NCBI GenBank assembly: GCA_012295275.1
Contig: CM022669.1
Coordinates: 17,050,001-17,114,000, forward strand
Length of the DNA stretch: 64,000 nt
Source: Chrysomallon squamiferum
Lineage: Eukaryota > Animalia > Mollusca
Direction: 5' to 3'
Translations under genes and position numbers: made by a program
Shown: positions 12,283-25,139 of the stretch, piece after piece
How positions within the stretch are numbered: the first letter of the stretch is position 1
Layout of the letters: each line of letters begins with the position of its first letter
The notes under the pieces: model-generated
Database searches by the model: none
Told to the model about the DNA's origin: nothing
The model's input: only the letters and a program-made list of their open reading frames with translations

Positions 12283-12298
12283 GAGAGAGAGAGAGAGA

Positions 12299-12384
<86 letters not shown>

Positions 12385-12390
12385 CAGAGG
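12240..12390. repeat. (GA)n microsatellite
   Basis: Read directly. Confidence 0.95.
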
Positions 12391-13598
12391 TGAAATAATT
12401 ATTCTTTAATAAATTTATTTTCTTTTACAAAAAAATAAAGCAGTAACAATTCACTTTATACCCCTTATTTACATAATTACAGAACACTGACAATAAATAA
12501 AATTTCTTTATCACTATTAACCATTTTTTTTTTTTTTTTTTAAATTCCTGGTACACACTACATTAAAACCCTGTTTATACAAATTTATGTAAGAAAAAAA
12601 AAAAAAAAAAAACCAGTATTTATCAGCAAAATCTTTCATTAAACCAATTCATCACCCAGCTGTTTTGCCAATAGATTTCCTCGTGCCACTTAGAACACAG
12701 CTGACTTTTACCTACTGCTGCCCAGCCCCCTTGAAACAAAAGTCACCACTAGAAGCATTTAATGTGCCAGAAGAACACAAGTCAATGTTTACCAGCATTT
12801 AACAGGGCTTATCAGACTAACAGAAATGACTGGGCTGCTGTGTTTTACGACCACCTGCGACCAGTGCGTGTGATAAGGAATGCTCGCCCAGTTGATAAAA
12901 AAAAAAAGTTTGTTAAGACGTTTAAAAGGAAAACGGGCAGTGTCTTTGGCACGATGCAGCAGTTGCAGTTGTAGAAGTAATTTCTGTGTCTCTCCTTCGT
13001 TTTCTACAACTGTGAACTGTGGTGGTTGGGGGAGGAAGAGGCTGGAGATGGTGGGAGTGCAGTGGGGGGAGGTGGCAGGATGAGGAGGATGGAGGGAGGA
13101 AGGAAGGATGTTTGGAAAGATGGTGAAAGTGAGATATAAAAAGGATGTGGGTAAACTGTATGAGAAAGAAATGGAGGGAAAAAGAAGGGAAGGAAACTGG
13201 TGAATTGAATGAATGGGAAGTGGGTGGGAAGGAAACGTAAAGAAAATAAAGCTGGGATGTAATGGATTCATTATTCTATTCCAGTCTTCTCTGATGTGAT
13301 ATTACTAGGGTTCAAAACATACACGCAAAACTGAGTGCAATGTATGTTAATTAATATTCAACAGATGGTGTAATTTATTATTTGGCTTGTGTGGTGGAAT
13401 AATGCATGGACAATATGTCAAAAATTATAAATAACAAAAATTAAATAAAAAAAATATATAAAATAAATAAAAAATGTAATAATATACAAAAAAAAAATAA
13501 TAATTAATTATATATACAGATGGAAACAAGGAAATACAAACAAAATATAAATGAATAAATAAATAATACAACAAAAAATAAATAAACAAATAACTTAC

Positions 13599-13731
13599 TT
13601 TAGAAGCTACAACCAACTGAACAAGTTTGGGGGCATTACGAAGACAGTCTACTGCCTCCTGGTGTCCAAGTCCAATCAGACTGTGCCCATTTATCATCAA
13701 CAGTTCATCTCCACGCTTCAGTCGACCATCC
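13599..13731 (-). CDS. PDZD2: PDZD2-like exon 4 (second half of PDZ2)
   Basis: gtttttcag|G then DGRLKRGDELLMINGHSLIGLGHQEAVDCLRNAPKLVQLVVASK|gtaagt. It is 133 nt and phases match both neighbours. It strongly resembles the recalled vertebrate PDZD2 PDZ2 (DGRL..GDELL.INGH.L.GL.H.EAV..LR....VQLVVASK). Confidence 0.94.
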
Positions 13732-13853
13732 CTGAAAAACATTATAATAACAACAATAACAATAACAATAACAGGAATAACAATACCAGTGTATGCAGTA
13801 ATAATTAACAAGAATAAAAATAGTAAAAATAGTAAAAAAGTAAATAAATAAAT

Positions 13854-13910
13854 GAAGAAGAAGAAGAAGAAGAAGAAGAAGAAGAAGAAGAAGAAGAAGA
13901 AGAAGAAGAA
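13854..13910. repeat. (GAA)19 trinucleotide microsatellite
   Basis: Perfect GAA run read directly. Confidence 0.97.
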
Positions 13911-15239
13911 TATGCATTGATTAAAATACCACTTCCATGGCCATTGTCTATTCAATTTTATTTGGTATTAAAATATAAATATATATATTATTTTTTTTTA
14001 TAATCTAAATAACTTGCATATTCATCAAAAGAAATTTAACAACAGACATTTTAAAATAATCTGTCAGTCTATGTGTATGTGTGTATTATACCTGTATGTT
14101 TGTGTGTCTGTCAAGTGTGGGTGTATGTGTGTGTTTCTGTGTATTTATGCTTCTTGCTATAAACACACAGATAAATTATTATATCAGTGTCCATTCCGTT
14201 AATAGCAACAAGCCTCATTTCAGTGATAAGAGAAGGCTATGTAATAAGATGACATAGTTTATGGGTGGGAGTCAAGTAAGAACTGGTATTTGTCAAGATA
14301 AAAATGTTCCAGGAACAGACCAGCCATTTCCAGCTGAAATATCTCACTTTAACTCTCTCACACATGTTAGTTAAAAAAATTAAAAATCCCCACCAATCTC
14401 TGGTCTTACACAGGGAGTCGCCCAAAACAAGAAGATTAAAGATTTTTTTTCTTCCTTGTTTTTTTCTTCCTTGTTATAATTTTTATTTTTTTATTTTTTT
14501 TTTTACGACAGAATATAATCTGATAATAGAAAATTCAGTACTTAAATAAACATTAACATGTTTCTGGGGATTAATTTTTGTTGTTTGTTATTTCATACTA
14601 AAGGTTGTTTCAAAAGGTCAGTGCTCTGAAATATTTCTCTCTTCAGTTAGCATGAATTTATTTTTATGAACTGCTGCCAATTCATGGATTCCTCCTGATT
14701 AGCATAGCAGTAAGTGCTGTTCTGTATAAACCTACTCAGAGAAAGTAAAACACCAATGGACATAATAAAGAGGGGGATTGATTCTACTTTGCATCAAAAT
14801 TATCTTCATAGTTTAAACAGACATACAGACATATTTAAAATAATAATAATTAATAAAAAAAAATAACAGTATAATTAAAATTATTAAGCAAATCATTATT
14901 TTATAATTTTGGGTGTTTTTTTTTATCTATTTCTTTTTTTTCTCTTAAAACATTTTTAAGTCAACAACAGAGAAAAACATTTTTAGAATTCAAACTTATG
15001 TTTTACCACTGGCAGTAAGAATTCTTTTAAATTCACTTTGCATTCAACAGCACTAACTTACAGTGTTTACTGACTTTACAAAATTCCATCATTCTGTTTC
15101 AGCAGTATAAATGACTGTCCTTAATATTTATGTCGTATAGATTTTTCAAAACTCACAGTTCAGACTTCAATGAATGTTTCAAATATATGAATAAAAACAG
15201 GTATTGAGACATACATTTTAAATGTTTTTGTAATTTCTC

Positions 15240-15526
15240 ATTTATTTATTTATTTATTTATTTATTTGTTATAAGTAAAATATATTAAACGTCAAAACAT
15301 TTAAGATACTTTGAATGTTTTATTTATTTATTTATTTATTTATTTAATATAAGTATATATATTAAATGTCAAAACATTTAAGATTTTTGAATGTTTTATT
15401 TATTTATTTAATATAAGTATAATATATTAAATGTCAAAACATTTAAGATTTTTGAATGTTTTATTTATAGTATTTAATATAAGTATAATATATTAAATGT
15501 CAAAACATTTAAGATTTTTGAATGTT

Positions 15527-15562
<36 letters not shown>

Positions 15563-15626
15563 TATAAGTATAATATATTAAATGTCAAAACATTTAAGAT
15601 TTTTGAATGTTTTATTTATTTATTTT
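15240..15626. repeat. ~60-bp AT-rich tandem repeat (about 5-6 copies) abutting the exon 3 donor
   Basis: Repeated unit taatataagtataatatattaaatgtcaaaacatttaagatttttgaatgttttattta with variable (ATTT)n spacers. Confidence 0.9.
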
Positions 15627-15634
15627 TCACACAC

Positions 15635-15771
15635 CTAAAGGCTGCTCCATTTTCTGTGATTCCTGCTACAAATATTCCTATGTCTCCTTTTTTCGAGCCT
15701 TTCCCACCAGCAATGTGAATACCCAGACCATTTTCATCTTTCAGTAGGTGTAACTTTGTAATCAGACGTTT
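15635..15771 (-). CDS. PDZD2: PDZD2-like exon 3 (first half of PDZ2)
   Basis: tattttcag| then KRLITKLHLLKDENGLGIHIAGGKGSKKGDIGIFVAGITENGAAF, ending AG|gtgtgt. It is 137 nt, phase 0 in and phase 2 out, with a GLGI carboxylate-binding loop. It is not in the ORF track. Confidence 0.93.
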
Positions 15772-16059
15772 CTGAAAATAATAACAATCAGATAATAAAC
15801 AATTTTATACACTACTGATTTCATTTTTCGTGTTCTGTCAAAAAAAAAGAAGAAAATAAAAAAGGTACAAATCAATCATAATTTAAAAAACATCCTCTGT
15901 CCTTACAAAATATATATATATATAGTAATATAGTTATCCTGCAATCACTGTACGTACGTCAAGACAACACAACTAAATAAAGTTCTATATTTTCAGGCAA
16001 TTACCAGATATACAACTTTTTCAGATGAAACCATTTCTACTTCTGTAAATTACTTGCTA

Positions 16060-16148
<89 letters not shown>

Positions 16149-16395
16149 AGTGTCTTGTTTAAATGTGAGTTTAAATCTTAAAAGACTATTTTGAAAACAA
16201 CTTTCATTTTAAAAATAACAGATACATTGTTTACTTAAGAACCATTTTCTTTTGGTGTACAAGGACAATGAAATCAATAGCCATGAATCTGCTACTGCTA
16301 TGTTATTTAGAAATGCAGGATAAAAACAAAAATAACTGGTTCAATGATGGATGCAAAAAGACTGTGCAGATAGCTTAAGACAGTGAACAATTATT

Positions 16396-16447
<52 letters not shown>

Positions 16448-18112
16448 CACACACACACACACACACAAACACACACAGACCAACACACACACAACACAGA
16501 CACAGACCAACACACACAACACACACACACATACACCAATTAGTTATATTGTTTGTTTTTCTAAACAACAAATATTATTAATCTTATTAACGTACTTTCA
16601 TTTTATTTCTTTTATAATGGCTTTTTTTATTATTGTTTAAATTATATATATATATATGTGTGTTTCTTTACTATACAGAAGGAAATGCAGAATGAGATTT
16701 TCATATTTAATTATTTATTTTTATTATTATTATCTGTAGATGTTTTTTTGTTTTTTTTCATTCAGGCAAAAAAAAAAAAACCACATGTCCAAAAGTAAAA
16801 CTTTGTTGTTTGAGAAACCATTAAAACCTGATTACATAGTAACACTAATTTCATCAGTTATTACACAGTATTATTATCACAGTAAAACTAATTAATACAG
16901 TGTAGCAGTTTATATGTCAACCGAGAATGTAATACTTTTCAACACGATCTTTGAACAGGGTTTGACCTTCGTGTGCATTCCAAATGTAAAATTACTGCAA
17001 TTAGTAAATTCTGGAAGCTCAGAATAGTAGGAAATTGGTATAATTACTGTTGTAAGGCTGTATGGTTCATGGTCGGTAAGAATGATAATGTATTTTCCTT
17101 CATCTGTGAATGTGGTGTGTCTCTGTGTGTGTGTGTGTGTGTGTGTGTGTTTGTGTGTCTGTGTCTGTGTGTGTGTTTGTGTGTCTGTGTGTGTGTGTGT
17201 GTGTGTGTGGTTTATGTATCCACGTACATTTGTATGTATGTACTACACACACATACACACACCAACACACACACATACACACACATATATGCCATATATA
17301 TCTATCTTAAGTTAAACCTTTGATAAAGAAAATGTTATTGTATGTGTGTATATCTATTTATCTATCTATCGATACCTATCCACACACACACACAAAATGT
17401 GACTAGAAAAATACAGAACTTACTAATAATGATAAAGCATGTACAACAAAATCGCCACACCAAAAATTATTTAGTAGCGAAAAGTATTTTAAAAATAATA
17501 ATAAAAATATTAAATGATTTTCATACAGTCTGGAAAGATAATCATATGACATGCATGACTGCCAAGCTCTAACACCTCTTTGATGTTTCACCATGCATTA
17601 TTGTTATGTAGGTCATGACACGGATAGAAGCTGTTTCTTTACAAAAGCTTTCGAAATCAATCATAAAAAAATGACTTGTAAAGTGAAATCAAGCATGGGT
17701 AACAAACGACAGGGATAGAAATTGATGTGTAATAAAAAGAATTTCACCTTTGTGTTAAGCTTATATATCTTGACCTATATTTTTTTTCTTTTTCAAATTT
17801 TTTTATATATTTTTCTTGCTCTACAAATCTGTCAATGACTTGCTCATAATATTTATTTAATGGTGTTCCTGTGTTAATTTTTATAAGTTCTGTCCACCTA
17901 GATCAGTTTTTAATTTCTCCTTCCCTCTGACTCTCTCTCACACACACTGTATTTCATCTCTCTCTCTCTCTCTCTCTTCTGTGTGTGTGTGTGTGTTTGT
18001 ATGTATGTATGTATGTATGTATATAATGTACACAGAACCACAGCTTAAAAACACCTGAGAATTTGAACCCTATGAATCTTCAGATGAAGAGCTTTATAAC
18101 AATACCAGCAGA

Positions 18113-18186
18113 AATGTGAGGATTTGAACCCTGTACCTCCCAGCATCAAAAACCAAATGCTTAACCACGACATCAAACAGAGAGGT
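18113..18186 (-). mobile_element. Degenerate tRNA-derived SINE head
   Basis: The minus strand reads ...gatgtcgtggttaagcat...gggttcaaatcc, giving A-box-like and B-box-like Pol III motifs at tRNA spacing. There is no intact cloverleaf. Confidence 0.4.
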
Positions 18187-18482
18187 ACACATGTCGTGCT
18201 TAATGATGTGAATGGTTCGATTCAAACTGAAATTACACTGATTTGGAATTAAGAGCTGGCAGAGGTCAAAATCCCGTAATTACCAGCCTTAAGCCATTTG
18301 CTCAGATTTCCTTAAATGTAAATATCCTCTGCTCACAACCAATTACTTTAACATTTACACACAGTCTGGACTGGTCAGACTTGTCCAGTGTAGATTTCTA
18401 AAAACTGTTGTGATGGCTGGATTAGACTGTTTAGTACAGATTTGGTAAAGGTTGCAGATACAGCTTTGTGTAGAAATAAAAT

Positions 18483-18992
18483 GTAAACTAGACATGCAGA
18501 ATTGACATGCTGAAATGAGATGTGAACTAGACACATTAAAATGAGATGTGAACTAGACATACTGAAATGAGATGTGAACTAGACATACTGAAATGAGATG
18601 TGAACTAAACACATTAAAATGAAATGTGAACTAGACATACTGAAATGAGATGTGAACTTGACATGCAGAAATAAGATGTGAACTAAACACATTAAAAGAA
18701 GATGTGAACTAGACATACTGAAATGAGATGTGAACAATGAAATAAGATGTGAACTAAAACTGAACTAGACATACTGAAATGAGATGTGAACTTGACATGC
18801 AGAAATAAGATGTGAACTAAACACAATGAAATAAGATGTGAACTAGACATACTGAAATGAGATGTGAACTAAACACATTAAAATGAAATGTGAACTAGAC
18901 ACACTGAAATAAGATGTGAACTAAACACAATGAAATAAGATGTGAACTAAACACAATGAAATGAAATGTGAACTAGACATACAGAAATGAGT
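18483..18992. repeat. ~25-bp minisatellite
   Basis: Unit tgaaatgagatgtgaactagacatac repeated about 20 times with variants. Confidence 0.93.
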
Positions 18993-19929
18993 GTTATTTA
19001 TAATACATAGTATAATACATTTAGTAATTTACTGTCCTAAATGGAGGCTGACATTTTGTGCCTGTTTATACAGAAATATTTTATAATAAGAAATATGTGA
19101 ATCATTTGAAGTACACTATATAAATTTATATCTTTTTTTTTCTACTAATAAAAAAAATTACACAATTAAAGTTACTGAACAGATTAATGTAGATGTATAA
19201 TTATAATTAAAATGATAAAAAAAAAAATAAAAGAAATAGTAATCTTATTATCATAAACATAATCAGATTACATTTAAGATGAAGAAGAAAAAAAGCTAGG
19301 TTAATTATAAATAAAAATAGTAACTGAAAAATGGGTCTTTGATGTAGGTTTGTACTTAAATTAATTTAAAAAAAAAAAATAATAATACAAAAATATGTAG
19401 TAATTTTTTTTTAAATCTTTTCTGTTCAAATAATGATTAAAGAAATAGATTTCCACAGAGATTTCACATAAATAAAAAGTCTCCTTCCGTTTGTCACACA
19501 AGAAAAAAAAAAAAAAAAAAAAAAAATAAAATGAAATGAAATAACAAACAAAAAACGGAACTTTTCAACAGGATTTCATTTAACTATAACCTCGTCCTTC
19601 TTTTCAAACACTGCAAATTTATTATCTACATTCATTTCTCAAGTATTGTGAAGAATCAACATGTTGACAGTTAATAAGCTGATCTCTGTATCAACTCACA
19701 TATGTGTGGTTTCCTAATATGAAATATGTGGCAGATGTCATTTACAGAAATTGTGTTATTTTTGTTGATGACTTCTACACAATGATGTATCATAGTGTTT
19801 ATTAATGTATCATGATGTATCAAGATGCTGCTGCTTATGACCTCATGATACAACTGGTTACAAAACATTAAGATACAAGTTATTATTAAAAAATCAGGAA
19901 AAAACTAAAAATTTAAAAATAAATATATA

Positions 19930-19967
<38 letters not shown>

Positions 19968-21457
19968 TGTGTGTGTATGTATGTGTTATGTTTGTATATG
20001 TACATAAAATCCTATATGCAGTATAATCCCTGATTTATAAAACTGTGCCTGTCAAAATAAATATCCACATATTATGAATGTTTAATGATAGCTCAGCAGA
20101 GACATGTGTAGGTATATAGGTTCTTGTAAGGCATAATGAATCCCTAACATAAATACTTTAGTATCTGTTATCAACAAAACAAAACTAGAATTTCCATAAC
20201 AACGGATCTTGTATTTCTGATAATAATATTGATGCTAATGTTGATGGTAATGATGATGATAATAATAATAACAATAATAGCAATAACAATGATGAAAGGA
20301 AGTAGGAATAATAACAATAATGATAATAAAAGGAAGCAGAAAAAAAATATATTGTGAAATAAATAAATAATAATCTTGTTTGTATCTTTCAACACAATTT
20401 TTTCTTTCTTTTTTTAAACTCATTTTTTCAAATGAACAGAATAACAAAAGTTGACTGTGGGTTGCTTTGTTGCTTTTATGTAATCATCATAATATTGTAC
20501 ATTCAGATACTCCGAGTTAAATTAATAAATTTAAAAAATATATATTTAAAAAATTTAAAAAAATTAAAAATTAAAAAATAAAATAAAATAAATAAACAGA
20601 GAAAAAATAGTTTCAAAAATGAATCCTTTGTGTCTTTTTTCTCTTGGCTTCCAAAATGTCAGAGATTGTACAAAACTCAGTGTACTGCAGCTATCCAGTC
20701 CACCTTGTTTCCACTTGGTTTTATTAGCCGTGCTAAACAATCACAGCCTTGTTTCTGTGCAAAATCTGCCTCCAGTCTTTGTGAGATAACCGGCTTTAAG
20801 CTTTACCTAACAGATAAGATCTTTCACTTTTATTTAGTCTTTTTATTTTCCCACTTAGGTGAAAGAGCTTTTTTTTTTTTACCTCTGTTAGCATTTCCAA
20901 AACAAGCACTTCATTTAATATTTCTTCATCTTCCTTATTTATTTATTTTATGAGCTTAATGTGTATGTATCTAAGATGGGGAAAAGATGCTGGAATTGTA
21001 CATTGATACATTTATAATTGGTTGATTTATTTATTCTTCAAGTCTGGCTGTGGTGAAGTGAAATGAAATAACAGCTGTAATGCATTTTATAAAACGTCTC
21101 TGTTAGTTGCTCGTTTTTAAAACTTCATATTAACCTGTGCTAAAAATAAAGGATGAAATTAAAGAAGAAGGAAGAAAAAAAGCAAACTAATTTTAAGTAA
21201 GCCACCATCATCTCAAAGTACGCCCATCCCTGCCTTGTTGCTAAGTAACCACATCCTTGTTGTGGGCTTTTTCTGTTACATTTCATTTATGTAACTTTTG
21301 CTGGCAAAAATGAAAATAAAAACTGCTTTCTTCTAGTAAACCTGCTATATCATACTTTGTTATTATTATTATCATCATCATCACTATGAATGTTGTTGTT
21401 ATTTTTATTACTATCATCATCATCATCATCAACATCATCATCTTCAAACAGAATAAA

Positions 21458-21489
<32 letters not shown>

Positions 21490-21501
21490 GAATTATTTTA
21501 C

Positions 21502-22333
21502 CTTGCCAACAGAAACCGGTGAAGCAGTCTGGGAGCTGCTGCTGCTGTCAGAAGTGTAGCTGCATGCCGATGGCGATGCTGTCTCGGGCCTGCTGTTGTA
21601 CATCCCCATGTTCTTCAACAGGTTCCGCTCCATGACTCTTCGAATCGGCGTAACATTGCCATTCATCTGCTTACAGTTGTGTTTGGCCAAAGAATCACTG
21701 CTTCCTCCGTACACACTGGAATCTGGCACAAGCGTGGAAGTCGAGCTTTGCCTCAGATCACTGTCTGGGTCATCGAAACCATTGACACACCCTCCTCCTC
21801 CTAATTGTTTCTGCTGCTGCTGCTGTTGCTGTTTTGCAGCGCAGTCCGAAGACCACTGAAGCACGTCTTCCACGGCTGAGGTGCTCTGAGTCTTCTGCGC
21901 AGGGTCTTCCCAGAACTGGTCTTCCTGCGCGGAGTTCAGGGTGCCGTGCTTTGCGTAGTACTGGTCAATCCGAGTGTGCTGCAGCTTGGGCTTGGGCATG
22001 TTGACGTAGATGATCTGATCCTGCGGAGTGTCAGAGTCAGCGAAGACGTCGTCCGATGAGACGGTCAGCTCGTTGGAGTTGGACAGGTGCGGCGCAAGCA
22101 TTTCCGCGTTGACGTAGTCGTTCCTCTTCGTCCAGCACTCCGAGGGCAGGCACGTCGTGGACTGGGACATTCCCTGGAAGAACGAACCATTGGCTGGCTG
22201 GTTTCTTGTGTTCACGTCCTGCAGTGACGGTGTGTGACGTATGGGCAGTGGTGGAGGAATGCTGGGACGTTTTCGTCGACGTCTTATTGTCATAACAACA
22301 TGGCCGGAGCGCACTGCGTTGTCGAGGAGAAAT
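21502..22333 (-). CDS. PDZD2: PDZD2-like exon 2 (end of PDZ1, basic stretch, Pro-rich motif, disordered linker with polyQ)
   Basis: Acceptor ttttccag|A TTT CTC CTC GAC. AG+A gives Arg, reading ...ENLLSARFLLDNAVRSGHVVMTIRRR, which completes the PDZ helix and last strand. The GC-rich open frame ends GGC AAG|gtaaaa (phase 0). Confidence 0.9.
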
Positions 22334-24137
22334 CTGGAAAAGTAAATAAAATAAAATAAAAAGTTAAAAAATGTTTTATTTTTTAATTTTTTTTTTATAA
22401 TAAAGAATATATGTTATTTAAAAACAATAAATAAAAAATATAATGTTATATAATTTAGGTTTTGAAATTAAGAAAATTAAAATGCTGTTTTAAAAAAAAA
22501 TAATATAATAAAAAATTGCTATAGAATGTAGATGTTATCTAAATTAAAATGGATCAAACATGATAATAACATTTATTACTAATATTTTACTTATGTTGCA
22601 ATTTTTTTTAATTATTAGCAGAAAAAACTTTTATGGTTCACTGGAAAACAAATTGCAGTGCTGAAAGCAGCAAGTTACATTATGTTTAAAAAAACAAACA
22701 AAACAGCAGTTTAATAATAATCAATAGTAGAGGTAGGTATGTAAATATATATATTAATAAATTGAAAATAATCTCGATGATGAGGTCAAAATACAGCAGC
22801 AGCACTTGTTTCTGTAGATATTAGTAACAGTAACAGTAAAAATAGTAGTTGTAGTAATTAGTAGTTGTAATAACAGTTGTAACAGTAGTAGTATAACAAG
22901 TAACAGTAAAAAAATGAAAATTATATTAATTATACTAATAGCTGTAACACAGTACAACAATAGTAAAAACAATAGCAGAAGAAGTAGTAGTAATAGTAAT
23001 AATTATACAGAATCCAAATGCTATTGCTGTACATCATCTCAAGGACGAATACTACTGAGAAAGGTTTCATTTGATCAGACCTGAAGGACGAAACTTGATC
23101 AAAGTGACGTGCAGGTAAACAACAGATGTCTTCCAAATGTACATCCTTCCACCAGTCTGTCAGCTTTCTGCATCAGGTTAATTACTAGTTTGGTTAAATA
23201 AATAATCTTAAAGGAAATGAAAGGCTGACGTGTTTTGTACAGTCGAGTTTTACTTCTAAGATGTTGTTCTTCTGACGTTTTCAGAAATATGGATCTGGTA
23301 AGATCATCAGAGGGTTTTTGAAAGAAGTCCACGAAAGATGTGCTTAAGCCTGTGATTAACTGAAGTGATATGTGTAGCTCTGTAGCAGGTAGATAAAGAT
23401 TATTAATGCTTTCGCTGAGAGTGTTTATGCTTTGAAGACTCCACCAAAAGAAAAGAATGCTGAAATACATAGTGATTAGAAGATGTATGTTTAAACTGCA
23501 GAAAATAAAGAACTAGATTTTAATTTCATATTGTACTGCTCACAGAAACAATATAAAAAAAAATCTATGTTAATTTATAAAATTCTGCAAATTAGCAGAA
23601 TATTTTCATATCTACTCTACATTTATCAAAAGAAAAAAAATTTAGTTATGGAAAACAAATTATTGATCTTGTTAATGTTTTAAGCATCTTTTAATGTTTT
23701 AAGTGCAACAAAGGCATACTTGAATGTCTTGTCATTAATTGAAGCAATGTGCTTAGATTAAGTAAGGCAAATGTATAATTACCATTGTTAACACTGGTCT
23801 TATGACAAAACATTGGAAAATTAGCACAAAATCAATTATTTATTTTGTTGTTTTTCATTTTTTTGAAAATTTATGAAACAACCATGGCTGGTTTGTTTTT
23901 CTGATCTGCTAGCAGTTCAAACGAAGGACAAATGGATCATTAATCAATGAAAAGGTGTAAAACTTCACAAACAAACCAATTAAGTCTTCCCACTGTTATT
24001 TAAAAAGCCTCCATTACATCTGAAATCACTGTGCATGTGTGTATTTGTATGTGTGTGTGTAAAACAGCAGCTACAACTAGCTGTTCACCGTTTAAACTTA
24101 ACACTCTCTGTGTGTCCAGTACTTCAAAATTGTCTGT

Positions 24138-24139
<2 letters not shown>

Positions 24140-24181
<42 letters not shown>

Positions 24182-24397
24182 GTGTGTAAGTAGGTGTGTG
24201 TGTGTATGTGTGTAGGTGTGTGTGTGTGTAGGTGTGTGTGTGTGTATGTCTGTGTGTGTAGGTGTGTGTAGGTGTGTGTGTGTGTGTGTGGTGTGTGTGT
24301 GTAGGTGTGTATGTATGTGTGCGTGTGTGCATATGTGTGTATGTGTGTGTATGTGTGTATGTGTGTGTATGTGTGTATGTATGTATGTGTGTGTGTA

Positions 24398-24430
<33 letters not shown>

Positions 24431-24441
24431 AAGAGAGCTAA

Positions 24442-24515
<74 letters not shown>
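24140..24515. repeat. Compound (TG)n/(GA)n microsatellite
   Basis: Read directly. Confidence 0.95.
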
Positions 24516-24516
<1 letters not shown>

Positions 24517-24655
24517 CAGAGACAGAATGATTTAGAGAAATATCAAATCTAGGTACTTACTCAAGGTTACATATTTGGTCCCTTACTTTTTGTTATTAAT
24601 GTACTAGTATATCAATTAAAGCAATATATAATATGTACTCTCATACACAGGAAAC

Positions 24656-24688
<33 letters not shown>

Positions 24689-25139
24689 TAATAATAATAA
24701 ATAATAAATAACAAATAAAAATAAATAACAATAAACAACAAACAAACAATAATCACCGACTTCATCATCAACAACCTCAACACTACCTTACCCCCATCAT
24801 TAACCCCTCATCCCTCCTCACTATCACAATTAGCAGCATAATCATTAAATCAGGTCTGGTTGCTGATTACGATCTGCTGGTCATTATCAAGGCCAGCCAA
24901 TCAAATTAGGAAGTGTCCTCCAAACTGACTGCACCCACTGCGGCAACACAGTGCAGTCAGCCACCGGCAGTGGCATGCCACACAGCAGTGCCAATTACCA
25001 AAGTTTTATACGTGTGTAATTCACCTGTCTTTATTATTGAGATGACCAGTGTAATCAGATGAATTTGTAATTTGCATTTTTTATCTTTAGTAGCCAGTAG
25101 CCAGGAGGATGAATTGAGTTTATTGTGTATCAGGCCCTG

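Noticed and set aside
13732-13955. Hydrophobic, transmembrane-like N-terminus of the 176-aa track ORF containing exon 4
   Set aside because: It derives from intronic (TTC)n and (TTG/TTA)n repeats upstream of the acceptor at 13732.
18483-18992. Regularly spaced repeats superficially like a CRISPR array (also 25140-26240)
   Set aside because: The units are head-to-tail with no unique spacers, there are no cas genes, and the context is a eukaryotic intron.
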